Below are positions 13,201 through 24,939 of a DNA stretch of 64,000 nt, piece after piece. Under the pieces are notes generated by a model. The model worked only from the letters and a program-made list of their open reading frames with translations, searched no databases and was not told where the DNA came from. This DNA comes from Octopus vulgaris. Its lineage: Eukaryota. Position 1 is the stretch's first letter. Each line of letters opens with the position of its first letter. The stretch covers positions 96,534,001-96,598,000 of the forward strand of contig OX597823.1 in NCBI GenBank assembly GCA_951406725.2, written 5' to 3'. Both the position numbers and the translations under genes were made by a program.

Positions 13201-14340
13201 GGCAAGGATGTAGTCAATTTGGCTGGTATATTGGCCCGATCGGTAGGTGACAAGGTGGCTGGTAGGTTTCCTGAAGTTAGTGTTGCAAGTCATAAGATTA
13301 TTTGCATCGCAGAACTCCAGCAGCCTGGTTCCCTCCTCGTTGCGGGAACCATAGTCATAGCCTCCATGTACGCCATGGAAGCCCCCAGCATGTCGTCCAA
13401 CTTGACCATTGAAGTCACCAGCCACAAAGAGAAGGTCTCTGTCGTTCGTCAACGAGGTAGTCTGCAGCAGAGTGTCATAGAATCGGTCTTTCTGTCCATC
13501 GGGTAACCCCGGCTGAGGAGCATAGGCCGATATAATGGTTGCTAATCCATGATGAAGCACTAATCTAATCTTAAGTATTCTGTCACATACTCTGATTACC
13601 TCAATTACTTTATCTACCCATTTCTCGGCGATAAGTATACCCACGCCACCAACCCCGTCAGTGTTCCCTGCCCAGAAAATCTTGTACCTGTGTTCCTTGC
13701 CTATGAGGAACCTAGCAGAACCTCCTCTCCACCTTACTTCTTGCATGCAACATATATCCACACATCTCCGTTCAAACATCTCGACTATCTCGCCAGACCT
13801 ACCTTTCAGTGTGCCAACGTTGAGGGTGCCAACGTTGAGGGTGCCAACCCTGAGGGTGTGGGAGGTATGGGCAGAATTCATGAGCAAGTAATGCAGTAGC
13901 CTTCAATTCACCTGCATAACACCACCCATTCATATTTTGCACTGTATGAACATTACCTTACATAGATCGAAACTAGGGGTAGGGATGGTGAAAGAGCATT
14001 TGCAGTCTTCAAGGGAAGCAACCCAGGGATGACAAAAAATAGGAACTTCCGGCATGTGTGGAGGGGGTGGGTGGGCGGGTGCACCCCAAACTAGCAAGAG
14101 GATTCTGTTAATCGTGAGAGCAAGAAAGTAGGTTTGAAAAATCTGAGAAAGTCAAATTTTAGGGGAACGATAATTGGCTATGAAACGGGAGCAACAGGGA
14201 GACAAGACTAAACGAAAAACATTTAATTACATGAATGGCATGTTGAAAACTGAAAGAATGATATGATGAGAGGATACTGAAAGAATAATATGATGAGAGG
14301 GTACTGAAGGAATAACATGAGAGAAAAATTGAAGAATAAT
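10222..14340 (-). mobile_element. Near full-length RTE (BovB-like) LINE, APE plus RT, one frameshift
   Basis: ORF 13887-12172 has APE motifs (QEVRW, AYAPQ, GDFNG, QIDY); ORF 12145-10895 has RT motifs (FVDMEKAFD, HQGSVLSP, LLYADD); 3' UTR with tandem repeats and (GAT)n tail. Confidence 0.95.
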
Positions 14341-14375
14341 GAAAGAATAATGATTATACGTGCAAATGATTATAC

Positions 14376-14433
<58 letters not shown>

Positions 14434-14459
14434 ATATATATATATGTATGTGTTATATA

Positions 14460-14527
<68 letters not shown>

Positions 14528-14664
14528 ATGCAATCCGATGGTAGAAGGAATTCCCCGAATTAGGTATTCCAAAGTGGATCGGAAGGTCGGGGGAAAATAA
14601 CTACATAGTAACCACTGGCCATTTTTTCTCCTTATCCTTTTCTATTGGACTTTCCTCTGTCTCA

Positions 14665-14697
14665 TGTATCTGAAGAATTTTGCTCGAAACGTAAAAC
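14665..14697 (+). ncRNA. Degenerate minimal hammerhead ribozyme in Penelope-like terminal repeat
   Basis: CTGAAGA (14670-14676)...gctcGAAAcgta; the 5' arm of stem II appears deleted relative to the other copies. Confidence 0.45.
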
Positions 14698-14772
14698 CAC
14701 CTTTCTTTCTTTCCCTGAGCATCTACTAATACTTTGTTCTTCGTCGTTTTGGATTTACTATCTATCTATCTA

Positions 14773-14814
<42 letters not shown>

Positions 14815-14865
14815 CATACATATATATATACACACATACATACATATATATATACACATGTATAC

Positions 14866-14926
<61 letters not shown>

Positions 14927-15407
14927 TGTATATATGTATGTATACACCCTCATTTAACGTGTTACATTTTATTTTGTTTGTTCATAACCTATATCTATGT
15001 GTGGGTGGGTGTTCACGAGAACACAAATTTTACAACTTCCGAAGTAAACACAGCAATGCTACTTGGCACACTGCCTCATGAAGCGCTAGCTCTCACTGCA
15101 TAAGCAATCGTGTGCTGCCATCTATTGGTGCGCTACAAAAGTAGTCCGGGAACTTTTTGATGCCACCTCGCATGTGTTTGCGTAACCTGTACTCTTCTGT
15201 TTTGCCATGACTATTGCCATTCCACTCAGAGCAACGTAATATTTCTTTTCTGTAATGGGATGAACTAAAGTTGCTGATATGATTAAAAACCCCCAAAGGT
15301 CTCTTTCTGATGGAAGAGAGCAGATAAAAATTAAAAGACAGAAAATATTCAACTTGTGTTCAAATTTAAAAGTGAATATTTATGGTGTTTTATTGTTGTT
15401 TGCTTAC

Positions 15408-15562
15408 CAAAGACAACTGAGGGAACGTAGGATCCAGCACCACCAACAGCAGTGAGAAAACGTAACACATATATGGCATAAATGTTGTAGATGAAGGCTG
15501 TTGCTATTCCTGATGACCCTTGCAGAAATAAACTCACAATTATCACTTTTTTGCGACCAAAT
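15408..15562 (-). CDS. SLC22-family transporter, coding exon 4 (155 nt)
   Basis: tttttcag acceptor and GTAAGC donor; encodes FGRKKVIIVSLF...YVLRFLTAVG, completing MFS motif A (G.LSDRFGRK). Confidence 0.95.
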
Positions 15563-15717
15563 CTGAAAAAGATTAAAGAGACAAATTTAAAACTCACCTG
15601 ATTAAATACGGGCGGACACACACACATACACACACACATATATATGAAATATGCAAAAATATAAAATATAATGCAGACACTAAACACCAGCGTGCAGATA
15701 TGACACACAAAACTTAC

Positions 15718-15821
15718 CTGTCTGATAAAATTCCACAGCCGACCATGGCGAAAAGGAAGCCCATGAAGAAAATGGTAATGGTGTGCCTTGCCAGAATCGC
15801 ATCATCGCAAACGAGATTCAG
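15718..15821 (-). CDS. SLC22-family transporter, coding exon 3 (104 nt)
   Basis: cgcag acceptor and GTAAGT donor; encodes LNLVCDDAILARHTITIFFMGFLFAMVGCGILSD (xLVC motif). Confidence 0.95.
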
Positions 15822-16102
15822 CTGCGATGAGAAATATGAAAATTATTTAATGCATACATTTTATAATTTTGATAATAATTTTGTTTCCGAATTGTAGAAA
15901 CAGTGTTTCTTGGAGACCCCTTCCATAGTCAGTGTGTATTCTAATGACTTTGTTGTAGGAACAACGGTCGTGTGACAGTCTCAGAATCGATTGTATAATA
16001 GGGAAGGAGTCACTGTCAAAGGTACCACAGTTCATTGGCTGGGGAACAGTGCGAGTACAGCCACTAAAATTTGGTGGTGCAGGGGCAATGAAAACGCTTT
16101 AA

Positions 16103-16470
16103 ACGAGCAGAAGTAGTGGAGGAGCATCATAGCCATGTGTTGAGAGGGATTCTTTGGGGTTTGAATATTTCACCTCTGGAAACATGGGTGTTTCGTTCAA
16201 CATCCTTAAACAACGCTTATTCAGGGACCTTTTGAGCGGGATGGGTTACTCGACCAGAAGAAAATACTAACTGGGCTCCACCTGCAAGGTCATGTGCTGT
16301 TTATCTTGATATGAGATCACCATGTCGCGCACATATGGTTGTGATGCATGTGCCAAGTTTGCCCTTATCAGACGGGTAGTCATGATGGGTGTACTGGGCT
16401 TTGTATATGTTACCCCAATGTTACTTTGATGGCAGGCACTGCCCTCTCAATGATAATAACAATAAATATT
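16103..16470 (+). mobile_element. Non-coding retroposon ending in (AAT)n, partial copy
   Basis: High similarity to 29226-29722 (+) and 42720-43197 (-). Confidence 0.75.
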
Positions 16471-17429
16471 ATTATAACTGTGTTTGTTTCAATATTAAGA
16501 TTGAAAAAAGACTGAACTCATTTTGTAAAATATTTTGGATCTGGGTTTGCACTCCTAGACAAATTTCATTCCTGCACTTAAACCGCTGTTGGAAGTTAAT
16601 CCAGAATCTTCTATGTAGAGGGACTTTGTTGTAAAGATTGTTTTCAAGAATTAGTCTCAGAATCTTTACTGACCCAAGAGTTATATTGGAAAAATTAGCA
16701 ATAATCATTGCCAGAACATTTCATGATATGGCGACAATGTCTTGGAACCACAATCAATATCCAGTCCCAGCATACATTGCGCCTTAGAGATGTACTTTTG
16801 TAGAAGTCTCTATCAATGGAACCCCAGAACTTATTATATTGTTGGGACACTAATCAAAGGACGAGTGTCAGCAGCCAGTCCCAGAATGTTGTATATTGTC
16901 AAGAAGCTGATCTAGTGACCACTGCGAAAACAGCCACACAAAGAATCTTCCGTGTGGTAGGGAAAGCTAAAGTGTATATAAGCTTATTGTATATAAAGTG
17001 TATATATAAGTGTATATAAAGTGTATATAAGCTAATTGAGCAAATGTAATAAAGAACATAAATGAACTAAACTGTTTTTTGTAAAGTAGTGCACTGCCTC
17101 TTACAGCATCTGCCTCGCAGACATAGAAAATACTCAACTAACATTATTCAAAAAATGAAACAGAATATGTAGAAGAGAGAGTGGAGGGAAGAGACCGAGA
17201 GAGAGAGAGGGGAGAGAGAGAGAAATGGCGCGATCAGGTTCAAAAGCTATGGACACAAAAAATATTTATGTACGTGTGTACGCTGTGTGTGCATGTGTGT
17301 GTGTTCATGTATGCATGTGTTTAGGCATATATCTGTATATGCATACATACATGTATATATATATAGAGATAGAGACACACACACATACATATATGAACAT
17401 ATGTATATAGGTGTAAATGTCTACATGCG

Positions 17430-17489
<60 letters not shown>

Positions 17490-17859
17490 CATATATCGAT
17501 GTGTGCGTATGACCATGCCGTTGCGCTTGACTGCCTTAGCCAACAATCAAAGGTGTACACACGCTAAGCCGTTCTATCTAATGCCACAAACACCCCTCCA
17601 CACCCCACTTCATTTCCATTAGGTTCTTTGTATTTATTTTTTACTTGTTATTTATTTCATTTTTAGCAACGACTTCTTGACCAAAACTATAAATTTCCTC
17701 CCCATCCCTATTTCCATTACATTCTTCGTGGTTTCATTTTTAAAATGTTTTTCCTCTGCACAAATTCCTCAACCAAATGTGTCTGAACTGCTAGCATCTC
17801 ACCACCAGCATATAACCTGGAGCGGAAACGAAATGTAAATCTGATAAAGTTTGAAGTAT

Positions 17860-18185
17860 GTTACGTCACCTGATGAGGTTATTTTGCACTGTGCGTTGCA
17901 TCTGATGTGACTACATCGTCTTACGCTCACTAGGGAGCAGTGCTTAATGAAACCGAAATGATTGTTGAAACGTTTCGAGCGGAGCTCTTCGTCAGAAATA
18001 TAGAAAGCTTCTAGTTACCGTCTTATGCATTAATCATTTAAAATATACCCTACGCGCATCTCGGAATTCCGGATGTAGATCCAACCACAAACGTTCAGTA
18101 ACGCTGATGAGGTCTGGTCGTCATAAGTGGGGAACGTGCTCTGTAGGCACAATTCCCTGGGATTTACCCTGAAACAAGCTTTCTA
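17860..18185 (+). ncRNA. Two extended hammerhead-like motifs (+) around an inverted minimal hammerhead (-)
   Basis: CTGATGA-GGTT (17870-17880)...AACC-GAAA (17951-17958); CTGATGA (18104-18110)...GAAA (18171-18174) closed by TAGAAAGCTT/AAGCTTTCTA; minus-strand CTGACGA-A-GAGC-TCC-GCTC-GAAACGTT at 17969-17995. Confidence 0.55.
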
Positions 18186-18209
18186 AATCTTCTTTCATTC
18201 TAAATCTAA

Positions 18210-18245
<36 letters not shown>

Positions 18246-18248
18246 TTC

Positions 18249-18299
<51 letters not shown>

Positions 18300-18343
18300 A
18301 TACATTCATATATATATATATATATTTGTGTGTGTATACATTC

Positions 18344-18387
<44 letters not shown>

Positions 18388-18419
18388 TATATATATAGTA
18401 TATATATATAAATCATATA

Positions 18420-20110
18420 GTATAGGTAGTAATTCCTGCTTTTTATGTTCTAGTGAATTTAGAGAAATGTTATTTAATAATCATGATAAATGAGTTAATT
18501 CATTTAACGAGCGTAAAATTAAATGTAGACACAAATTACCTTACTTATATAATACATTTTTATATAAATAGCGACTATATTTAAACCCTATTTTTGTTTC
18601 TAAATTGTAGTTATATTTTGTACTAGTATTAATTTAGCATGTGATTTTATATTGTATATTACATAATTTAATAACTCTAAATTAATATTTATTATTAAAT
18701 AAATAAATAATTAAATAAATTGATTAATTAATTGTAGTAGTGTTGTGATTGCACTTCTGTAGGTGGTTTGAATATAAGTCAATAAGAGTTAGTAAAGGTT
18801 TTTTAAATACTTAGTGTTAGATTATATTTAGATGTTTATTTTATTACTAAATATATAATTTATTTAATGAATATAGATTAAAAGATAGTTATTTTGTTTT
18901 TTTGTGGTTGATATTGTTATTATTATTATGCTTATTATATGTCTACTAAATTTTATAGGATTAAGTATATATATATATTTTTGGTAATAGTTTTAGTAAC
19001 GTTAAATAAACAATTTTGAATATGTAGTAAAATTTTCTTTTCTTTCTGTACTATTTGTTTATAATGATATGTACTTTATTTATTCAATTAATGAGCGAAA
19101 TATTTGATCTAAATATAAATTACTTTAATTATATAAGTTTAATTTATTATTTTAACATATATCTTTGTTATAAATGACAGTAAAGTTTATAGTTTTTAAT
19201 TATTTTTAATATATTAATCAAAATGTGTTTATATTATATATTTCGAATTAGATTTATTTAGATGTTTATTTAATTAATTAATATTATTTATTAATGAATA
19301 TTAATTACATTATAGTTTTTTAAATTAACTTAAGTTTATCAATTAGTAGGTATAATATAGATACTGATTGAATTAGTACTGAATTAATATTGAATGTGTC
19401 TAAAAGTTGTTTTATTTAAATAAAGATTTGGCTCCAACGTAACCATATTTATATATATGAAATAAATTAAATAAATTAATTAATTAATTGTAGTAGTGTT
19501 GTGATTGCACTTCTGTAGGTGGTTTGAATATAAGTCAAGATTATTAGAGAATGTACAGTAAATAGTAGTTATATAAATTATTTTAATTTATAGAGTTGTG
19601 AATATAATTTATCGTAGTTAATTCTAAATTCTAAATTTTAGTTTTATAGTGAAAGATATTACTGTGTATCGTGATTCTATTCTCTATTAGTGACTTTATT
19701 CTCTTTATCTATTAAAGCTAAAATATATTCGTAGTTTTCATTGATAAAGTGTATATTTCTATCTGCTTGTTCTATTTCTGTTAATAACGTAATTCCACGA
19801 GTTTTTATAAATGCTTAAAAAGGCATTTTCCGTTTTGAAGTTTTAGTTAATGACACGCTTTTTGAGAGATAAATAAACTTTTTTATTTAAGAAATTTTAT
19901 TGATTTTATATTTTTTTTTATTTGTTAATGATAATTTAGATATGTACATTTATTTAATTATTATTAGTATATCTGAAAGTAAATATATCTGAAAGTAAAT
20001 TTCAAGATATTAGTTAGTCACTTTGCGAAATAGATCGTAAAAATGTTTTTGATAAATGTGATGATAATAGTAATAATAAGTATTTTATAAAGATAGGTTA
20101 TACGTAGTCG
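18420..20110 (-). mobile_element. Extremely AT-rich decayed element, probably Penelope-like
   Basis: Minus-strand translation near 18560-18660 reads NIQYKITC...YNLETKIGFKY.R, resembling a GIY-YIG motif; hammerhead-bearing repeats on both sides. Confidence 0.4.
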
Positions 20111-20123
20111 AATGATATATATG

Positions 20124-20186
<63 letters not shown>

Positions 20187-20213
20187 TTCCTTCCTGTCTG
20201 TCTTTCTCCTTGC

Positions 20214-20246
<33 letters not shown>

Positions 20247-20548
20247 CTCACTCCTCCTCATCTCTCTCACTGCCGAACTTCCTTTCACTGGCAGCTTTCT
20301 ACAAGTCAACATCACTTTTTTTGCGCTCTGAATTTATCCATCGTCTAGGCTTAAAAAGCAGCCCTTAATGTTGGTTTCTTTGTCCTGTTTTTATTCTTTA
20401 TGTGTACTCTATTTTTTTGTATTTGTATTTTTATTTGTAATTATATTTTATTTGTATTGCTTTTACGTCCTGTTCTTGTCACATTTTTTTCTTTCCTTGT
20501 TTTTACCCCTCTGCAAAGAAATTGTATTTAATTCCTCTGCAGGAAGTA

Positions 20549-20634
20549 CTGGATCGGCGGATCGTGTTCTGTCCTTACCTTCGAAACACGCATTGAGTCG
20601 ATCCAGGGACAGCTGATGAAGGGGAATATTCCTT
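20549..20634 (+). ncRNA. Hammerhead-like ribozyme with non-canonical strand order
   Basis: CGTGT-T-CTGTCC (20563-20574), CCTTC-GAAA-CACG (20578-20590) and GGACAG-CTGATGA-A-GGGG (20607-20624) pair to give stems III, I and II around an intact core. Confidence 0.6.
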
Positions 20635-20744
20635 GTATTGTTTGTCTTGTACTCTGTTTTTTCGTTGTTAAAAAAAGTCCGTTTCCTAGTTGTTTTTATG
20701 TTTTCGTTTCTCGTTGTGTTCTACGTTTATTTGTGGTGCCTTTA

Positions 20745-20820
<76 letters not shown>

Positions 20821-20885
20821 TGTATATATACATGTAGATGTAGGTACGTACATATATGTATGTATGCATATATTTTATTTATTAC

Positions 20886-20932
<47 letters not shown>

Positions 20933-21036
20933 ATATAGTTAATCCAAACATGAATAAAGAGAAAACACAATAACGCGAGGACGTGGAACAAGTGTAGTGT
21001 TATTGGACGCTCATGAAAGGAAAGAAAGAAGGAGGA

Positions 21037-21070
21037 TTTAACGTTTCGAGCGGAGCTCTTCGTCAGAAAT
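21037..21070 (-). ncRNA. Minimal type I hammerhead ribozyme (Penelope-like terminal repeat)
   Basis: ttt-CTGACGA-A-GAGC-tcc-GCTC-GAAACGTTA-aa, with palindromic stem III AACGTT; same core at 17969-17995. Confidence 0.75.
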
Positions 21071-21162
21071 ATAGAAAGATAAGTCCAAGGAAGGAAAGTC
21101 GGAGAAGAAAATCACCAACGATACACACGCGGTCACATATTTAAGAATATGGTTAAGAATAA

Positions 21163-21220
<58 letters not shown>

Positions 21221-21229
21221 CGTTTTTCT

Positions 21230-22925
21230 TATACTTCTTTTGATTTTCAAAATTAAGATAAACAAATTTCTTTTTTAATCTAAAACATACTGTCCTTCAT
21301 TTCCCAAAATGCTCTTCAATCTATCTGGTAGACTTGCAAGGCCCCTCTTCCAAAATTCATTTATCCGTGACGAAAAATACTGCTTCAGTAATGTTCTGAC
21401 CTCATCTACAGAATACATATTTTTTCCGTCCAAAAGATTTTAAAGACTGCGGAATAAACGATAATCAGATGAGGCAATGTCTAGGGAATTGGTGGATGGG
21501 GCATATTTTCCCATTCAAACTACTTTAGCCTTTGGAATGCCATCCTCGCTGTATATGGCTGAGCATTATCCTGATGGAAGAACACCTTTCGTCTTGAAAC
21601 CAAAGATAGTTGTTTTTCTTCTAGCGCTTACTTAAGACGCTCAAGCTGCTCGCAGTAGATCTCCTTTATTATCGTTTGGTTTGGGTTTAAATGTTCAAAG
21701 TAGACTAAACCTTTCATATCCCATCAAACAAATAACAACACCTCTCATAGGCGAAAGCCGTCTTTAGCATGGGGTTCCGGTGTTTCTCCTATCCCTACCC
21801 ACTGTCTTCGGCGTTTGACATTTTTATAGAGAACTCATTTCTCGTCACCAGTCACTATTCGGTCGAAAAAAAGGTCATACAAAGAAGAGCATACATTCAC
21901 TCTCTGCGCGCGATTAGAATCGGAAAGTTTGTGTGGAACTCATTGACCCAATTTGCTGATTTTCCCGATGGCACACAGGTGTCGGTGAATGAATGTCCAA
22001 ATCCAAGTTTCTTTGCTATGAGTGGAAATCAAAAACTTATCCACACTTTCGCCATAACATATCTTTATTATTGCCACACTGCTTTCTGCACATGCATGCC
22101 TATAGTTGGTACTGTTGTGGTCACATGATCGAAGATTGATCCTGATCGCGTCATTTTTCTTTCTGGCTTTACAGTGTGAGTATGACCGCTTGACAAGCAA
22201 TATGCTCCGAAAAAAAACCCAAAGAGCAGTGAACCGATTTCTCTAGTCGAAAGGTGTGTCAAGTGCTGAAATTCATTGGCGGTTTTTAGCATAATACAGA
22301 GACAGTGCACTACCGCGTAGAAGTGTGTATGAGTGGCCCGAGAAGCTTAAAAGTGATCAGAAAAGCGTGATGTACGAAGAGAGAACAGAACACCGTCAAC
22401 CTCCACCACTGACGAGAAGATTCAGCAAGCACGAGAGATGGTGTTGCTGAAGCGGTTTACCATTACCATCTCTCGGATCACTAGTCTTTGTTCTTCTTTG
22501 GTGCACATGCCTAGTAGAGCGGCCATGCTTACACTGTAAAACCAGAAAGAAAAATGGCGCTATAAGGATCAAACTTTGATCACGTGACCGCAATAGTACC
22601 AACTATAAACACGCATGCGCAGAAGGCAGTATGACAATAACAAAAATGTTTTAGCGAAAGTGCAGATAAATTATGACTTCTCGTAGTTCCTCAACAGTTA
22701 CGATGGGATTTTGTTCCACCAAAGTTTGCAGGACGTCCTCGTCGAGCTCTACAGATCTCCCAGGGCGAAGCTCGTCTTCTAGGCTGTGGTTTCCGGGTAG
22801 GAATTTCCGGAACCATCGTTGACACTGGCTTACGCTTATTGTCCAATCCCCATATACAGCATTAATACTCTTCACCCTTTACGTTGCGTTGTTGCCTTTA
22901 GTGAACTCATAAATCAAAATATACC
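21230..22925 (-). mobile_element. Degenerate mariner transposon
   Basis: HTH region (CQRWFRKF...LEDELRPGR), WVPH linker, QDNAQP and HPP.S.DIA.SDY.LF motifs; interrupted by a MITE. Confidence 0.88.
22019..22683. mobile_element. Tc1/mariner-type MITE with about 180-bp imperfect TIRs
   Basis: 22019-22200 is an inverted match to 22510-22683; TA duplication at 22017-22018 and 22684-22685. Confidence 0.85.
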
Positions 22926-22958
22926 ATATATATATATATTTGTATGTATGTATGTATG

Positions 22959-23025
<67 letters not shown>

Positions 23026-23535
23026 ATATACTTCTATATATACACTCATATATTTCAGTAAGATAACAGGGTAATGCTGTTCGTAGGACTGGCAGAGTGT
23101 TAGATGACAAGACGTAAAATAAAATAAAGCAGGATAAGATACAATATAGATGGGAAGTGAAATGAAAGAAAATAAAGTGAAACGATATAGAATATATAAA
23201 AAAGGGAGCAGAGTAGAAGGAGGTTTAAGTTTCTATAATAGGTTAAGGGGGATATAAAGGATCACAGATATAAAGGGTCACGGATTAAAGGATCACGGAT
23301 ATAAAGGCTTTAATGGTTCATGGATGATATAAAAGTTTTAAAAGTCTAAGGATTTATAAAAGGCTTGTGGACATAGAGGTAGATTTAAAAGTAGACAGGA
23401 GATAGGTAGGGAGATGGACAGACAGGTAGATAACTGGCTTCAGAGCTAGATAGACAGGCAGTAAGAGCAATCAATATATATGTATATGTGTGTGTGTGCG
23501 CGCGCGTGTGTGTTTGTGTGTGTGACTGTGCATGT

Positions 23536-23579
<44 letters not shown>

Positions 23580-23653
23580 CCATGTTGATTCGTTAGCTAC
23601 TGCACGCATTTTTTTTCTCTCCTTCTTTCTGTGTTTTTTCTCTCTCTGTGTAT

Positions 23654-23690
23654 CTTTCTGTTGAAGAGCGTAGGCTCGAAACGTTAAAGA
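23654..23690 (+). ncRNA. Minimal hammerhead variant (CTGTTGA core) in Penelope-like repeat
   Basis: ttt-CTGTTGA-A-GAGC-gtag-GCTC-GAAACGTTA-aag; core A6 replaced by T. Confidence 0.55.
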
Positions 23691-23787
23691 CTTGTTTTAT
23701 TTATATTTCCTGAGCGCCATACTAATACAATTGTTCGTTTGTTTTCCACCTGCCTTCGTCTTTTGTTTATTTTCATAAAGCTTCCCG

Positions 23788-23870
<83 letters not shown>

Positions 23871-23999
23871 CATAGATAGATTGATAGATAGATAGATCGA
23901 TAGAGGAATTGGTAGGTGGGTGCAAAATAGCTTGGTTGGCAGATAGACAGATAGACATTTTAGCTTAGATGTGCGAAGTGACTTACAAAATAACCTTAC

Positions 24000-24222
24000 C
24001 TGAGTGGTGATTGAGGTGTGCGTATTGGTTTTATCATACACCCAAGAGCTGCACTTCTGTGTCGTTCGATTTCCATTTTCTGTGGTATTGGAATATATCA
24101 AACATTTATCATAAACCACCTCCCCTTCATCCTCACTCTTTGGAATATATTCGTTGATCAGTTCTTCATGGATTTCACTTTGGATTTTATACGTGTCGTT
24201 GTCGTAACCAGGAATAGCACAC
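24000..24222 (-). CDS. SLC22-family transporter, coding exon 2 (223 nt, large extracellular loop)
   Basis: tttcctag acceptor and GTAAGG donor; encodes CAIPGYDNDTY...YDKC...CSSWVYDK..TSITTQ with conserved Cys and N-glycosylation sequons. Confidence 0.93.
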
Positions 24223-24939
24223 CTAGGAAAATATACAAAATAGGTTTCTTTGATCTTTCATTTAAATTAAAATTACATCTTCTGTAGCGTTACCCTTCCC
24301 CCACTTCTTACTTTCTTTTTCTTTTTCTGTTTCTTTGTATTCAAATGTCATAATTTAGACACAAGTTTGGTTATCTGGATAAGAAGCTTACTTCTCAACC
24401 ATTTCGTCTTAGGTTCAGTCCCACTTAGCAGCACCTTGGGCAAGTGCTTTCTACTAGGGCCACATGGCTGACCAAAGCTTCGTGAGTGAATTTCGTGGAT
24501 GGAAACTGAAAGAAGCCCATCATATATGCGTGTATATATGTATGTGTGTGCGTGTGTATGTGTATATGTATATGTGTATGTATATATATTTGTACATATA
24601 TGTGTATGTATATGTGTGTGTATATATAAGATAGATATATATACTTTTTATCTTTTAATTGGTTCAGTCATTAGAATGTGGCCATGCTGGGGCACAGCTT
24701 TGGAGAACTTTTAGTCAAATGAATGGACTCCAGGATTGATTTCATTTTAAATCAGGTACTTATTCTATTGGAGGTTTTTGCTGAATCATTAAGTTATGGG
24801 GACGTAAACACACCAACACCGGTTGACAAGTGGCGGTGGTGGTGGGGACAACCAGAGAAACAAAGAGCCCCCACATACATATACCTATAAATATATGTGT
24901 GTGTTTGTGACTGCGTTTGTGCGTGTGTGTAAGTCGTCT

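Noticed and set aside
14317-15103. ORFs rich in YI, CV or TH dipeptides here and elsewhere
   Set aside because: They are translations of (AT)n, (GT)n and (CA)n microsatellites, not genes.
18420-20016. Possible mitochondrial insertion (NUMT)
   Set aside because: No recognisable mitochondrial rRNA, tRNA or protein motif; the flanks and a GIY-YIG-like trace point to a Penelope-like origin. Not formally excluded without BLAST.
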